From NCBI RefSeq assembly GCF_006345805.1, contig NC_042997.1, positions 41,850,001 through 41,914,000 on the forward strand: a DNA stretch of 64,000 bases, written 5' to 3'. Source of the DNA: Octopus sinensis (lineage: Eukaryota). This document shows positions 13,219 through 26,668 of the stretch, piece after piece; the stretch's first letter is position 1; every line of letters starts with the position of its first letter. Made by a program: the position numbers and the translations under genes. The notes below the pieces were generated by a model. The model was given only the letters and a program-made list of their open reading frames with translations. It was not told where the DNA came from and searched no databases.

Positions 13219-13768
13219 AACATCATGTATACTGTATTATAGATCCATTACAGCTAATCTTGCCAATCAGCTTTGCACAAGATATTACATAATCAGACAA
13301 CTAGGAGTCACTGCAATGGAAAAAATTGGCAACTGCTCTCTGTTACCAGAGGTGAAGAAGTGTCAATGCTAGTTTGTATGTTGGGGTGGGGTGGGTGGTT
13401 ATGATAGAGTAAACACATAAAAATAAATAGATTACGGAAAAACAAAATAATTAAAAAAAGATATTAAAATTTTAGTCAACCTAGAATGGGTCAGAGCACC
13501 CCATGACTGATCACCATTCTTCTGAGAGGTAAAATTTATCCCTACTTGTTCTGTTAGAACTATACTGCAGAGAATCTCTCTCATATTGGTATTTTGGTGC
13601 AAAATGCACTTTTGTTTATATTGCTAGCAGGGAGATAAATCCCTGCTGTTTCCAGCACCAAGACTACCAGATCATGTAATCCAATGCCTTAACAATTCTG
13701 TCAATAACATTCCTTTCTTTTTTTAGTCAATGAGGACAATTACATACATTTCATTCATACATACAATA

Positions 13769-14288
13769 CCGTAAATCTTCGAGTTAGTCCGCCCTTGAGT
13801 ATAATACGCAGGGGATTTTTAGGAGGCTGTACCTCTGAAAAACCTAAACCTTGTGTATAATACGCACCCCTTCTCTAACTTGAGTCAAGGAGGTCTATAT
13901 AACGTCCTTGGTTTGTAAAAATGTATACAGTAATGTCCTTTATTATTATTGTATATATAACATAATGCAAACGTGTAGCTTTTTTGTGCATTTTGTTTGA
14001 TGAAAATAAAGAAATAACAATAATAACAGTAGTAACGTTTAATAAATGTTGCTTATTGCAAGTTATGGATGATTCTTTTATGACTTCATTGCTTTCAGGC
14101 TTAGTTTAAGGTATTTTTGTGCCCGACATCACAAAATGCATCTGAATAAACATTGCCGGACAACAAATAGAGACTCGGACATTGCTTAGAAAATAATTTT
14201 CATTTTTAACCTCGTATATAGTACGCACTAGGGATTTTGACCTTTAACTTTTGGGAAAAAAATGCGGATTATACTCGAGGATTTACAG
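13769..14288. mobile_element. Tc2/pogo-like MITE, complete
   Basis: TA|CCGTAAATCTTCGAG ... CTCGAGGATTTACAG|TA, non-coding interior; homologous copies at 47515 and 1510. Confidence 0.85.
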
Positions 14289-14642
14289 TATTCGAAAAGT
14301 TAAAAAGGATACTTGCAAAGACAGAGGAGTAGACTCAACAAGTTATCTAAAAATGGGAGAGGGGAAGGTAAAAGACATTACACAGTAAATGTTAGGACAA
14401 GTTTAAAGATTATCTGGATAAAATATAAATAATTGTATAAAGATAATTAAAATTTTCATAGAAAGCCAAATATTTAAAACAAAATGCTATTTTTTCTAAA
14501 CTTGAGCTCGCTTGATTGGTATAGAATAGTAGCCCACAACTTTGATCATCTTCACTCTCATCAGCTGTTGCCGAATGACATGTACAAATGATTTGCTTAT
14601 AGTGATCAAATATTTGTGCCACACATTAGCTCCCCCCACCAT

Positions 14643-15775
14643 CAGAGTGGTGGAATGCACCGCTTTATATTAACTTTACTGATTTTGAAAAAGCATTTGA
14701 TAGAGTACAGAGGGAAGGCTTATCGAAAATTATGCAGCACTATGGCATACCAGACAAGTATATATCTCTAATAAGAGCAACTTACCAAGGAATGTCATGC
14801 CAAGTTTTGCATGGAAACAGAGCTACAGATAAATTCGAAGTAAAAACAGGAGTTTGACAGGGCTGTACACTTTCTCCCTTTTTATTTCTACTAGTTATAG
14901 ATTGGATTATGAAGGAAACAATGATTGAAAGCCAAACAGGCATTGAATGGATGGATGCAGACGCTCTAGAAGATCTCAACTTTGCAGATGATATAGTGCT
15001 ACGTTCACAAACATATAGCCAAATGCAAAATAAAACGTCAAAATTAGAAGCAATGGCTGCCAAACTAGGATTGAAAGTCAACCGCGACAAATCAAAAATT
15101 ATGTGCATTAATGAAGAAAGCAGAGAACGTATTAAACTAGAAACCGATGAACTAGAGGATGTAGCCGAGTTTACATATTTAGGTAGTAAGATAATGTTTT
15201 CAGGTGGCACCGATGAAGATATTAAGACGAGAATAAGTAAGGCAAGGACCACTTTTCACTTGTTAAAAAAAGTATGGAGCACAAGTGTAATTTCAATAAA
15301 GAACAAAATAAGAATTTTTAACACAATCGTAAAAACGGTGTTATTGTATGGGGCTGAGACATGGTGAACAACAATTAAGTCAAATAATGAAATACAATCA
15401 CTTATCAACAGATGCTTGCAAAGTATTCTTAAAATTAGATGGCCCGAACATATAAGCAATATGGAGCTATGGCAAAGATCAAATCAAGTTTCGATTAGGG
15501 AGCAAATATTGAAGAAAAAGTGGAAGTGGATTAGTAGCACAATTAGAAAAGACACACCAAATGTAGCGAAAAGTGTTTTAAAGTGGAAACCGGTTGGATA
15601 TAGAAGGAGAGGTAGGCCTAAGAACTTGTGGCGGAGATCAACACAAAAGGAACTAGAGAAAGGGGGACATTCATGGCAGAGTATAAGTACAGAAGCGAAA
15701 AATTATGCGACATGGAATTCAATTATAAGTGGCCTATACTCCGCATTGGAGGGTTAAAGGCAGAAAAAAACCCAA
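14643..15775 (+). mobile_element. 5'-truncated RTE-clade LINE of a second family (RT domain to 3' end)
   Basis: One frame reads YINFTDFEKAFD...GV*QGCTLSPFLF...LNFADD...FTYLGS...LLYGAETW*...RRRGRPK with only two stops. It ends in an A-rich tail. Confidence 0.92.
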
Positions 15776-16174
15776 AAAACCCCCATCAAATTGACATTGC
15801 CTGAACAGGGGCATAGTATACCATATTTCAGGTGTTGTATAGCATATATCAGGTGTTGAAATGACTGTAGAGCAATGTGAGCTGAAGTGTTTTGCTCAAG
15901 AACACAATGCACCACCTGGTCTAAGAATTGAAACCTTAGTCACTAGGCCATGCATCCTCACACTCTCACATTACACTGTTTAGGTAGTGACATCTATCAT
16001 CCAAAAAGAATGCAAATGCCCAAGTTTCTCAGGTGTCAGAGCAAACAAGAAAAGGTATTATTTATTATTTACATAAAACATTTAGTAGACATAGAAAATT
16101 AATCCAATACACTACAGCTTGGAGAAAAATGGTTCTTAAATCCTTTGTCTCTGGTAGAAATCTCCATAATATCA

Positions 16175-16575
16175 TTATCATTTTAACTTCCATTTTTTCA
16201 TGCTGGCATGCATCGGATGGAGTTTACTGAGGTAGATTATCTACAGCCGGATGCCCTTCCTGTTGCCAACTCTCACCTGCTTCCAAGCAAAGTAATGTTT
16301 TCCCATGATCAGGCACATTTCCGCAGGAAACGAATGGCACTACTTGTATGGCAGTGATTCATTGTATTGGAAACGAATGGCACTACTTGTATGGCAGTGA
16401 TTCATTTACAACTATTATGTAATGTGATGACAAGGACAAACAAAATAAATATATACACTGAAGAACTTCTTTTGGTTTCTGTCTAAATCCACTCACATGG
16501 CTTTGGCCGATCTGGAGCTATAGTACTATTTGTTCATGCTGCCATGCAGTGGAACTGAACCCAAAACCACGTGGT
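16175..16575 (-). mobile_element. SINE with A head and (GAT)n-type tail
   Basis: Same modules on the minus strand; contains a 43-bp direct duplication at 16326-16406. Confidence 0.7.
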
Positions 16576-16864
16576 TGGGAAGCAAACTTCTCAACTTTAT
16601 TTTTTAGATACCAAGATTTCACTAATAAAGTTACAGGGAAATAACAAAATGAAGAAATTCTTAATCACTCTGCAAATCTGTCAACGCAAATTGTGGCCTT
16701 ACCAGAGATTATCCTTATACATACATACACGCGTATGTGATTGCGTGTGTAATGTCGAAAAAAATATTTATCATTTATTGTTTCTTCTGTCAGTTTAATT
16801 TATATTCTAATAGCGACTGAAAAGGTTTTGGAAATGTGTGTATTCCTGATACTTCTTACATATA

Positions 16865-17027
16865 GGCGCAGGAGTGGCTGTGTGGTAAGTAGCTTGCTAA
16901 CCAACCACATGGTTCCGGGTTCAGTCCCACTGCGTGGCATCTTGGGCAAGTGTCTTCTGCTATAGCCCCGGGCCGACCAATGCCTTGTGAATGGATTTGG
17001 TAGACGGAAACTGAAAGAAGCCTGTCG

Positions 17028-17122
<95 letters not shown>

Positions 17123-17322
17123 CTGTGTTTATTCCCCTAACATTGCTCGACAACCGATGCTGGTGTGTTTACGTCCCCGTCACTTAGCGGTTCGGCAAAA
17201 GAGACCGATAGAATAAGTACTGGGCTTACAAAGAATAAGTCCCGGGATCGATTTGCTCGACTAAAGGCGGTGCTCCAGCATGGCCGCAGTCAAATGACTG
17301 AAACAAGTAAATGAGTAAAAGG
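16865..17322 (+). mobile_element. SINE family A, full length, young
   Basis: Near-identical to 3171-3604, opposite orientation. Confidence 0.9.
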
Positions 17323-17880
17323 GTAAACAGTAAGTAAGGGAAATAACTCGCGCTAAAAGTATTTGACAAGTTAATTACGAGCAACAAGGACGATATATGT
17401 TTGTTCTCGGTCTTCTCAGATATTGCTTTGTTTAAAAAGAGCCTGGATCAAACCTCACGCACATAGTTGTTATTTTTAATTGGCAGAATGTTACGAAAGT
17501 GACTCAAGAAGCGAAAGTTTCGAGCTAACTTATATTCTGGAGCAAATGTTTTTACAGCTGTTTAACTAGTCAAGTGTGAAATAGAACTTTATAAACCTGT
17601 TTTCTTTTGTTCAGGCATGCGAAGTGGGGCAGATAGAGTTTTCTACCTTTGTTGAGTAGGAACAAAACAATTACTGTGGAATTTTTTAAAACTTAATAAC
17701 GTCATGACCAGTCGTCCTGCGACCATAAAAACCTCACAGTCGTTGTGTAGGTCACATCTATACGTATATAAAATTAAATGTGTTATAGGAATTGTTCTGG
17801 ATCTTTTAAGTTCTGAATCCAAATCTCAATTAGCTCAACCCAGCCCTTCATCCTTCGGGGGTTGAGAAAATAACACTGTT

Positions 17881-18081
17881 GCATTAAGATTACTCTATCA
17901 AATGTAACGCTTATTTATTCACACTGCTTGAAATTAATCATGTATTATCTCATAGTTTCAAGATTTCGATGATGAAATTTTAGAATGACATTATAGTTTA
18001 TGTGTGAAAGACCAGGTCTGGATGGTTTGAATATAAAACAAAATATTTAGGCCAGATATGGCCAGTTTAAAAGCTAAAAGG
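17881..18081. mobile_element. piggyBac-type MITE, left end lost
   Basis: Interior matches the family; ends in gctaaaagg|ttaa. Confidence 0.7.
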
Positions 18082-18486
18082 TTAAACTATCAGTCAAGAA
18101 CAGGGGTCAATGTTTTCAACTAAACCACAATCATCTACAAGCTGCTGACCTTAAAACAGAAACAACTATTAATCCACCTTGGTTATTTTTACTTTGATTT
18201 TGATTGATAACTGGGCAGCACCATACACACATACAAATGCATGCATAACACACATATATACATATACACATACAATTAAGGAATAAATCAAAGTTTCTCA
18301 ACCATTTTTTTACCTCTGGACCCCTTTAATTCCCATTTTATCCAGATGGACACTCCTTGCCATTTGAAGTTTAAAAAATCAGATATCTTTATAATTAAAT
18401 ATTATTAGGAATTTTATTTTAGAAAATAGATAAAATATTTTGTGTTATAGTAAAAGTATAACCAATTTATTGCACATAAGCATAGA

Positions 18487-18874
18487 GGCGTAGGAGTGGC
18501 CGTGTGGTAAGTAGCTTGCTTACCAACCATATGGTTCTGGGTTCAGCCCCACTGCGTGACACCTTGAGCAAGTGTCTTCTACTATAGCCTCGGGCTGACC
18601 AAAGCCTTGTGAGTGGATTTGGTAGACGGAAACTGAAAGAAGCCCATCATATATATGTATATATATGTGTGCCTGTGTGTGTATGTATGTTGTGTATCTG
18701 TGTCTGTTCCCCCAACATCACTTGACAACCGATACTGGTGTGTTTGGCAAAAGAGACTGATAGAATAAGTACTAGGCTTACAAAGAATAAGTCCTGGGGT
18801 CGATTTACTCGACTAAAGGCAGTGCTCCAGCATGGCCACAGTCAAATGACTGAAAAAAGTAAAAGAGTAAAGAG
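18487..18874 (+). mobile_element. SINE family A, small internal deletion
   Basis: Same head, core and tail. Confidence 0.88.
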
Positions 18875-19419
18875 TATAAATTTTGACAATGAAATCTTCT
18901 ATGGACTCCAGTTGAGAATCCCTGGGGGTTTATGGACGGATGCTCTGCTGGTATGATTGATAAATTTTCAGTTGGTTCAATATAGTGAATCATAGGTTGG
19001 GTACTCCACAGACACTAGCAGAATCATTATGACATGATTACACCTTTTGAATTACAGGTACGGCCAATCTGACAGGATGGTACACAGTTTTTGCTTGCTT
19101 ATTTTCATTTGCATGACTTCAACTAACCCAAATCTATGGTAGAAAATGCTTGTGTACAGTGCTGTGCTGAAGCAGTGAACCCAGGATCCACAGTTGTAAA
19201 GCAAACTTCATAACCATTCAGCCATGCTCATGTCTGCGTGCACACACACACACAAACACACACACACACACACACACATTTTTCTCAATACTGGTTCAAG
19301 AAAATTCTGCTCCTGTTGACAGTCATACAGAAGCAGCAACAATGTGATGCTCTCTACAAATACATGCTCACACACACACACGTGTGTGTGTTTGTGGGTG
19401 TATGTACACACATCTATAC

Positions 19420-19559
19420 CTGTGTGTGTGTGTTTATATATGTGCCTGTATATGTGTGTGGTGTGTATAAAAATATGGGGGTTTATATATATATATATTA
19501 TGTGTATGTCTGTGTGTTTATATATATATATATATACATATATATTATGTGTGTGCATT

Positions 19560-19594
<35 letters not shown>

Positions 19595-19666
19595 TTATAT
19601 ATATAATGTGTATGTGTGTTTATATATAATGTGTATGTGTGTTTATATATATTATGTGTATGTGTG

Positions 19667-19710
<44 letters not shown>
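19420..19710. repeat. Compound (TA)n/(TG)n minisatellite
   Basis: Recurrent tatatatata-atgtgtatgtgtgttt units. Confidence 0.9.
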
Positions 19711-19712
<2 letters not shown>

Positions 19713-19814
19713 AATGAAGCATCCAGCCGTAGCTGCACAGCTGCTGTTAAACAAGGCCTGAACAATTATAGGTCACCATATCAGTTGCTGAACTATTATC
19801 TCCTCAATTTTACA

Positions 19815-19851
<37 letters not shown>

Positions 19852-20165
19852 GTGTGTGTGTGTGTGTGTGTAAGTGTGTGTGTGTAAGTGTGTGTGTGTG
19901 TTAATTATTGCTTATTGTCTTTTGTTGCAATTTCATTTAGGCCTAATTTATTAATTTGGATTGGAAGGGATAGATACAGAGTGAGAGAGTGGTGGTGGTG
20001 GTGGTGGTGGTGGTGGTGGTGGGGCAGCTACAGATAACGAGAAGGGAGAAAGAGAAAGAGAAAGAATGTGAGAGTGTGAGCATTTTGTGGTTATACACAC
20101 ACTTTTGTTTTGTAATTGTGGTGTAACATTCCCAGACCTTTTCAACTTCATTCTCTGCAAACATC

Positions 20166-20369
20166 TCTCTCTCTTTTACTCTTTTACTTGTTTCAGTCAT
20201 TTGACTGTGGCCATGCTGGAGCACCGCCTTTAGTCGAGCAAATCGACCCCGGGACTTATTCTTTGTAAGCTCAGTACTTATTTATCGGTCTCTTTTGCCG
20301 AACTGCTAAGTGACGGGGACGTAAACACACCAGCATCGGTTGTCAAGCAATGCTAGGGGACAAACACAA

Positions 20370-20420
<51 letters not shown>

Positions 20421-20583
20421 TGACGGGCTTCTTTCAGTTTCTGTCTACCAAATCCACTCACAAGGCATTGGTCGGCCTGGGGCTATAGCAGAAGACACTT
20501 GCCCAAGATGCCACGCAGTGGGACTGAACCTGGAACCATGTGGTTGGTTAGCAAACTACTTACCACACAGCCACTCCTGCGCC
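20166..20583 (-). mobile_element. SINE family A, full length
   Basis: Same head, core and tail. Confidence 0.9.
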
Positions 20584-20993
20584 TATCTCTTTAAAAAGAA
20601 AAGAAAATTACTGTATGATATGTATAAAATAATTCAGTAACTGATAAGGTGACCTAAAATATGTTCAGGCTGTGTGTAAAGCAGCTGAAGTTATGGTCAG
20701 ATACTTCATTTAATTTGCAATGGAAAAAGAAACCCATTTGGCATCATTCTTCTGGTTTCATTAGATGCTGCTGAGATATTCTGAAACTCATGTAACATTA
20801 ACTTTGATTACCCCTTTAAGATTTTGATGTTTGAATGATTAATATTGTTGCTGTTTATCCCAGAGCCAGCTGTGATTGGGCAGACCCCCTGATTAAAGGC
20901 ATTCTAATTATGTTTACCCTGGGCTGACCTGGAGCTAAACAACAATACTAACAATGTTAATCCCATCTAGAGCTTAAGTGCTACTCTAATAAA

Positions 20994-21234
20994 GCAGTGA
21001 GCAGGCAGAATCGTTAGCACGCCGGGTGAAATGCTTAGCGGTATTTCGTCTGCACTACGTTCTGAGTTCAAATTCCGCCGAGGTCGACTTTGCCTTTAAT
21101 CCTTTCAGGGCCGATTAAATAAGTCCAGTTACACACTGGGGGGGGGGGGGGTGTGCGATATAATCAACTTAATCTGTTTGTCTGTCCTTGTTTTTCCCTT
21201 CTGTGTTTAGCCCCTTGTGAGTAATAAAGAAATA
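20994..21234 (+). mobile_element. SINE family B, full length
   Basis: A box (ggcagaatcg), B box (gagttcaaattcc), domain gaggtcgactttgcctttaatcctttcagg, 3' tail. Confidence 0.88.
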
Positions 21235-21342
21235 GTGCTACTCTAAGTTACAAGCAAAAAAAAAAAATTTTTAAAACAATAGAGAGAGAGGGATGGGAGA
21301 GGGGGAGAAGAAAACCCACCTTAGTTGTCAATCTAGCTTTAA

Positions 21343-21571
21343 TCCTTTAGCATTTAATACTGTCAAATTTAATACTTATCCATTCACATTGTTTTGAATT
21401 AATCATGCAGTATCCTGTAGCATTGAGATTTCAACGATGTGATTATTTACTCTGAGAATGACATTGTAGAGTAGGTGCAAGAAGCATGATCCGGCCAGTT
21501 TGAATATAAAACAGGCAGAATATTTGGACTGGATATTTGGGCTGGATATGGCTGGTTTAAATGCTACAGCG
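21343..21571. mobile_element. piggyBac-type MITE
   Basis: ttaa|tcctttagc ... gctacagcg|ttaa with family interior. Confidence 0.8.
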
Positions 21572-21804
21572 TTAAATATCCTGGAGGTACACTTCCCCTC
21601 TAATTGCACATGTGGTACATAGTAACTGGTAAATGTCTTATTAATTCACAGAGTTCAGTTCAAATACTTTTCTGAACTGTTGAAAAGTTCCATAATTGTC
21701 GAAAGAAAGAGAGATTTAGTTTTCATAAATATAAAATAGGATTATTAAATAACTCACAAAAAACTTTAGGAGTGTGAATGTCAGTCACAGCTGTGTCATT
21801 AAAA

Positions 21805-21939
21805 AGTTCACATTGCAACCATGGTGTTTTGGGTTCAGTTCCCACTGCGTGGAAACTTTGGCAAGTGTTTTCTACTATAGTTCCAAGCCAACCAATGACT
21901 TTTAAGTGAATTTGGTAGACAGAAACTGTGGAAGCCTTT

Positions 21940-21984
<45 letters not shown>

Positions 21985-22195
21985 CTTTGTAGTTATGTTT
22001 CCCCCCACACCCACCCTACAGCTTGACAATCCACGTTTGCTTACATCCCCTGTAACTGAGCAGTTTGGCAAATAGAGACTAAAACAATAAGAACCAGACT
22101 TAAAAAGTATGGGGCTGATTAGTTTGACTAAAACCTTTGAAAGTGGTGCTCCAGCATGGCCCCAATCTAATGGTTGAAACAAATAAATGATGAAA
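21805..22195 (+). mobile_element. SINE family A, older divergent copy
   Basis: Degenerate head, (TG)n centre, tail ccagcatggccccaatctaatggttgaaac. Confidence 0.75.
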
Positions 22196-22339
22196 GATAT
22201 TTCAATTTGGCTCCTTGTTATAGACAAATGTTGGTGAATAAATCAGCTTCCTTTAAAAACCACAGTTTGGTTTCAATACCTGGCTATAGCCATGTCACTT
22301 CATTTACATCATTTATGTTTCCGGGAAAGGTAAGGCAGT

Positions 22340-22520
22340 GAGATGGCAGAATTGTCAGCATCCTGGGCAAAATGGTGTTAAACATTCTGAGTTCAAATTC
22401 TGCTGAGGTCGATTTTGCCTATCATCCTTTTGGGACCAATAAAATAAGTACCAGTTGAGCACTGGGGTCAATGCAATTGACTTGCCCTTTCCCTGAAATT
22501 GCTGACCATGTGCCAAAATT
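22340..22520 (+). mobile_element. SINE family B
   Basis: Same A/B boxes and central domain. Confidence 0.8.
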
Positions 22521-22947
22521 GGAAATCAATAGCTCCGGCTCCATTTCATACATCCCACAAAATCTCCAGGAAGGAGAGAATAAAAATGAAATGAGGCAAT
22601 TGGGAGCAGCTGTTTGTGTGCTGGCAATTTGGCACGGCTGACTGAACATTGAACTTGTTTTGGTGACAGTACTTTTTGGCATTGGAGGCACTCACTCACA
22701 CTCACTCTCACACACACACACACTCGTAAGTGCGTGCACAAATATACACATACAGAGAAGGAGAGAATGAGACACTACAACTTATTAACTGAACACTTTC
22801 CTTCTCCTCATACACATGAAGAGAAATATCTTCACACACAAACACAAAGAAAGATTAAGAGAGATTAAGAGAAAGAAAGAGAGAATTAGGGAAACATTAA
22901 AAAGTTTAATATCAGATACACCAGTGTAGAATCAACAATGCCATATA

Positions 22948-23165
22948 TGAGGGGGTGATGAAAAGTTCCTGGCTTTGGTTAAAAGAAAATACAGGAGGAT
23001 CAGTCAATTATGATTTTATTCAACATATTCCCCCTCTCAGATTCACACACTTATTGCAGTGGTCCTTCAGTTTTTCCAAGCCCTATAAAAGAACTTGGCA
23101 GGATGGGCCTCCTACCAGGCCTTTCACAATACCCTTAAAGCTAGGAACTTTTCAGCACCACCTCA
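22948..23165. mobile_element. Mariner-type MITE (Hsmar2/MADE2-like ends)
   Basis: TA|tgagggggtgatgaaaagttcctggcttt ... aaagctaggaacttttcagcaccacctca|TA. Confidence 0.8.
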
Positions 23166-23740
23166 TAAGTAGCAGCAAAACAGCTGTGCCTAAGAAAACC
23201 ATTCCATACATCAAGAATTGGACATGCTATTCGTGAAGAGGGAAAATAATGGTAAAAGGAAGCACTTTAGAACATCTCTTGTCTTTGGTATCTCATATTC
23301 TGTTAACTAATGAATGAATTACACTAGTTTTATGAGATGGTGGGAAAAAGAAACTCCTTTAAAAGGGCACTTAAAGAGGTAGTTGTTTCCAAAATTTTTA
23401 GACATTAAAAAACTGATAAAGACGAACTGAAGATTCTACTTTTGTTGTTTTATTAAAGGGCACTCAACTGTAAATAAATTTTCTTGTCAAAGTAGTGTGT
23501 TTAGAGCTTGGTGTTAAGCTTATATGTAAACTTTATAACAAACTTAAGAACATTGCTTGTGTTCAAATATTGACTAAAATCCAAGGAAAATGAAAGATAT
23601 TGTTGTCATTTTGAGATAAGAAGAGGAATGGCAAGGTTAAGTAAAAGTCATTGTAAGTGCCAGGCTTCATAGATTTAGTGACCATACTTTGTAGATTATC
23701 TTTAATACGTTATGTAAAGGAGAAGTATAGCATTCAGTGT

Positions 23741-23986
23741 GCTGTCCTTTAGTTCAGATGTGGCAGGGCTGACTACAGTATGTAACTGACAGAGGTGCAT
23801 GTGTGTGTATGGTATATGTAAGCCTGACAGGTGTGTTCGTATGTATAGAATATATATACATAGTGAGCTGTCCTTTACATCAGATGTGGCAGGGTTGACT
23901 ACGGTGTGTAATTGACAGAGGTGTGTGTGTGTTTTGTATATATGAGCCTGATAGGTGTGTTTGTATGTATAGAATAGATATACATG
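23741..23986. repeat. Two-copy tandem duplication, period 126 bp
   Basis: gctgtccttt...cagatgtggcaggg...gacagaggtg...gagcctga...gtatagaata occurs at 23741 and 23867. Confidence 0.9.
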
Positions 23987-25579
23987 CATTCATGAGTATG
24001 TGCATGCAGATACATATACATAGATGTTTGTGTGTGTGTGTGTGTGTGTGTGTGGATATGTCAGTTAATAGATTTGATAATGGACTTTAGGTGACATTTC
24101 CATAAAGAGGGTAGCATTTTTTGCAGTATTTAGGTGAGTCTTTGAAATAGTCATCCACTTCAACACCAATCAACTTTTCTATACTGTCTAAATTGTAACT
24201 GTGTTTAACAGTATTTATAGTACCAATTACCTTGAATACTAATGACCTTAGAACCTTGAACCAAAAATCACTGTCTTGAAAGACTGAGGTCATAGAATAA
24301 ATTGACTTGCTGACATTTCACAGTTGTTAAAGCCCCAATTTTTATCAGCATTTCTTTGATAACTAACAGTAATCTGCACATAGATTATTGGTTTTGCTTA
24401 AAATAAATATATGTCTATATTGAATTTTCAGCAAAGGACTAAACATTCAGAGGTGTATTTCACAAAACCTTAGATAATGTAGATACTTCTTAATTTTGAT
24501 GTTAATGTGAATACTTCCTCTTTCAAAAGAGTAAGTCAGTGTTTAACTTCAAAACCATTAAGCAAACTTATGGCCTCTGTTATCTGAAGTTATCGTGAGT
24601 CATAAAAGTAATTGCTTTGTGATTTAGCAGCGGTGAATGAATGAATGAAATTGGGGGGGCCTCTGATCCATGTGAGTACAGAAGAGCAGGATATTAGCAA
24701 TTATTACATCTCAGATAGGTTAACAAGTTAAGTGATTAATCATGCTAATAATATTAGATTCTCTAAGGTTGAAATATTTATTGCAGATTACTTAGATATA
24801 TTTTACTAGTTCAAGCTTAATTTGTATACAACCCATGAAAGTGAAAGAGTTTATTATTTTGACATTTTTTGAAAACTTAAAAACAAAAAAATAACCAAAG
24901 TCACACAAACAGTTATATTTTATTAGTAGAGTAAATAATCAAAGAAATGTGTGAATGTGAAAGAGTATATGTTGCTATTTCTGATGATGATCCTTTTTTC
25001 GTGGAAACTGCACATCTTATAACTTTCCAAAGCTACGTATCAAAGACCAGGCTCCTTCTTCAGGGACAAAAAAAGTTTTCATTCTTGTTCAGATGCTCTT
25101 CTACAAAGACTCACAGAAGAGTACCTCTCATATATCTAGGCTGTTGCTGCACATACAAACACCCAACACTGTTAACAAGAAAATTCATCAACCTAATAAG
25201 CAAAGATTCACACACTAATATGTTACAACCAGCGTTGGTGCTAGGAAGTGCAAGGCCCAATTAGAGAATTGTCAGTAGGGCCCTCTACTCTAAAAAAGCT
25301 GAAGATTGATGTTTTATGCTTTGTGTAATATGCCAGCCAAAAAGTACTGAAAGTTTGAGCCTCTACCATTAGCAACTATGATATACTAAAAAGTCAGCAT
25401 AGCATCGTCTGCTTGAATGTGTGCTTGGAGCCCTCTCTTGGTACAGGGCCCAATTTGAACATTTGTCTAATACGCTTAAAATCAGCCCTGGTTACAACCA
25501 CTAAGCTCATAGCCATATTAGTATCCTTCTTTCTCTATCTCTTCTACTGCTGTTACGATGACTTCTGCTCCTCTGAAAC

Positions 25580-25831
25580 ACTGGGTTGGTGCATAATTAT
25601 TGTGGATTTTTTTCAACAAATTTTATTCAACAAAAACAATAATATTTAACAAAGAACATCTTTAAGTGACGGTCAGACCATCTGACAAGCAAATGGGAAG
25701 CAGTAATTGAAGTAGATGGGGAATATGCTCTGGAATAATCATTTAAAGATGTTTTTGTTACATATTGTTATTGTTTTTGTTGAATAAAATTTGTTGAAAA
25801 AACGCCACAGTAATTATGAACCAACCCAATA
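25580..25831. mobile_element. Mariner-type MITE with long (about 90 bp) inverted ends
   Basis: ctgggttggtgcataattattgtgg... pairs with ...ccacagtaattatgaaccaacccaata. The terminus resembles the Hsmar1/MADE1 TIR. Confidence 0.8.
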
Positions 25832-26439
25832 AGTTTCATACCAATTCTATCCACCTCTTGCTTCCATGTTTCTTCCTATCTGCATCGTTATGTCTCACCT
25901 AACTTTCACATTAATACCTTTCTTGATCCTTGTTTACTATTACTATAGCTACCTGGAACCCACTCCTCCTCTTTTAGGTTCTTTCTACAGTCATCAATAT
26001 CAGCAATCTTACCAATCTGATAAAACTTTAAAAAATAAATCAACAAACTATAGACAAGCATCTGGAAAATATTCTTCAGCATATCTTCATGCTGCTGGAG
26101 CTATTTCATTTTACTTGCAGCAACTGAACATTTCATTCTACTTAACACACACATATACTAAATATTATGGCTTTAGCCTACAAATTTGATTGTAGTCACT
26201 AACTTTGAAAGTTCTGTGAAATTGACCAACAGTTTGATTGATTACGAGGACAAAACTGGGATGCAGTTTCCTCACAGTAGAACACACTCTCATAGTGCCA
26301 CATCATAATCAAAGAGAAATTTCTCAGAGAGGCCATTCTTTAGAGAATCAATTTTTGGTGCTCGCCAACTAATTCTAGAGTGTAGCTCAGTCAAATTGTT
26401 ATTAGTTAGAAATATGTGCTTTATACAATGGAATTAAGT

Positions 26440-26668
26440 TGAATCCTTTTAATAATGATTTCAAATTTTGCCACAAGGCCAGCAATTTCAGAAGAGGGGG
26501 TAAGTTGATTACATCAAGCTCAGTATTCAACTGGTACTTATATTATCAACCACAAAAGGATGAAAAGCAAAATCAACCTCGGCAGAATTTGAACTCAGAA
26601 TGTGAAGACGGACGAAATGCTGTTAAGCATTTCGTTTGGCATGTTAACAATTCTGCCAGCTCACTGCC
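26440..26668 (-). mobile_element. SINE family B
   Basis: Same modules on the minus strand. Confidence 0.8.

Noticed and set aside
12824-13372. 182-aa ORF
   Set aside because: It runs through a SINE B fragment and a (TA)n(CA)n tract and has no recognisable domain or splice support.
16865-16945. tRNA gene
   Set aside because: A and B boxes are present but there is no complete cloverleaf, and the head is always followed by SINE body and tail.
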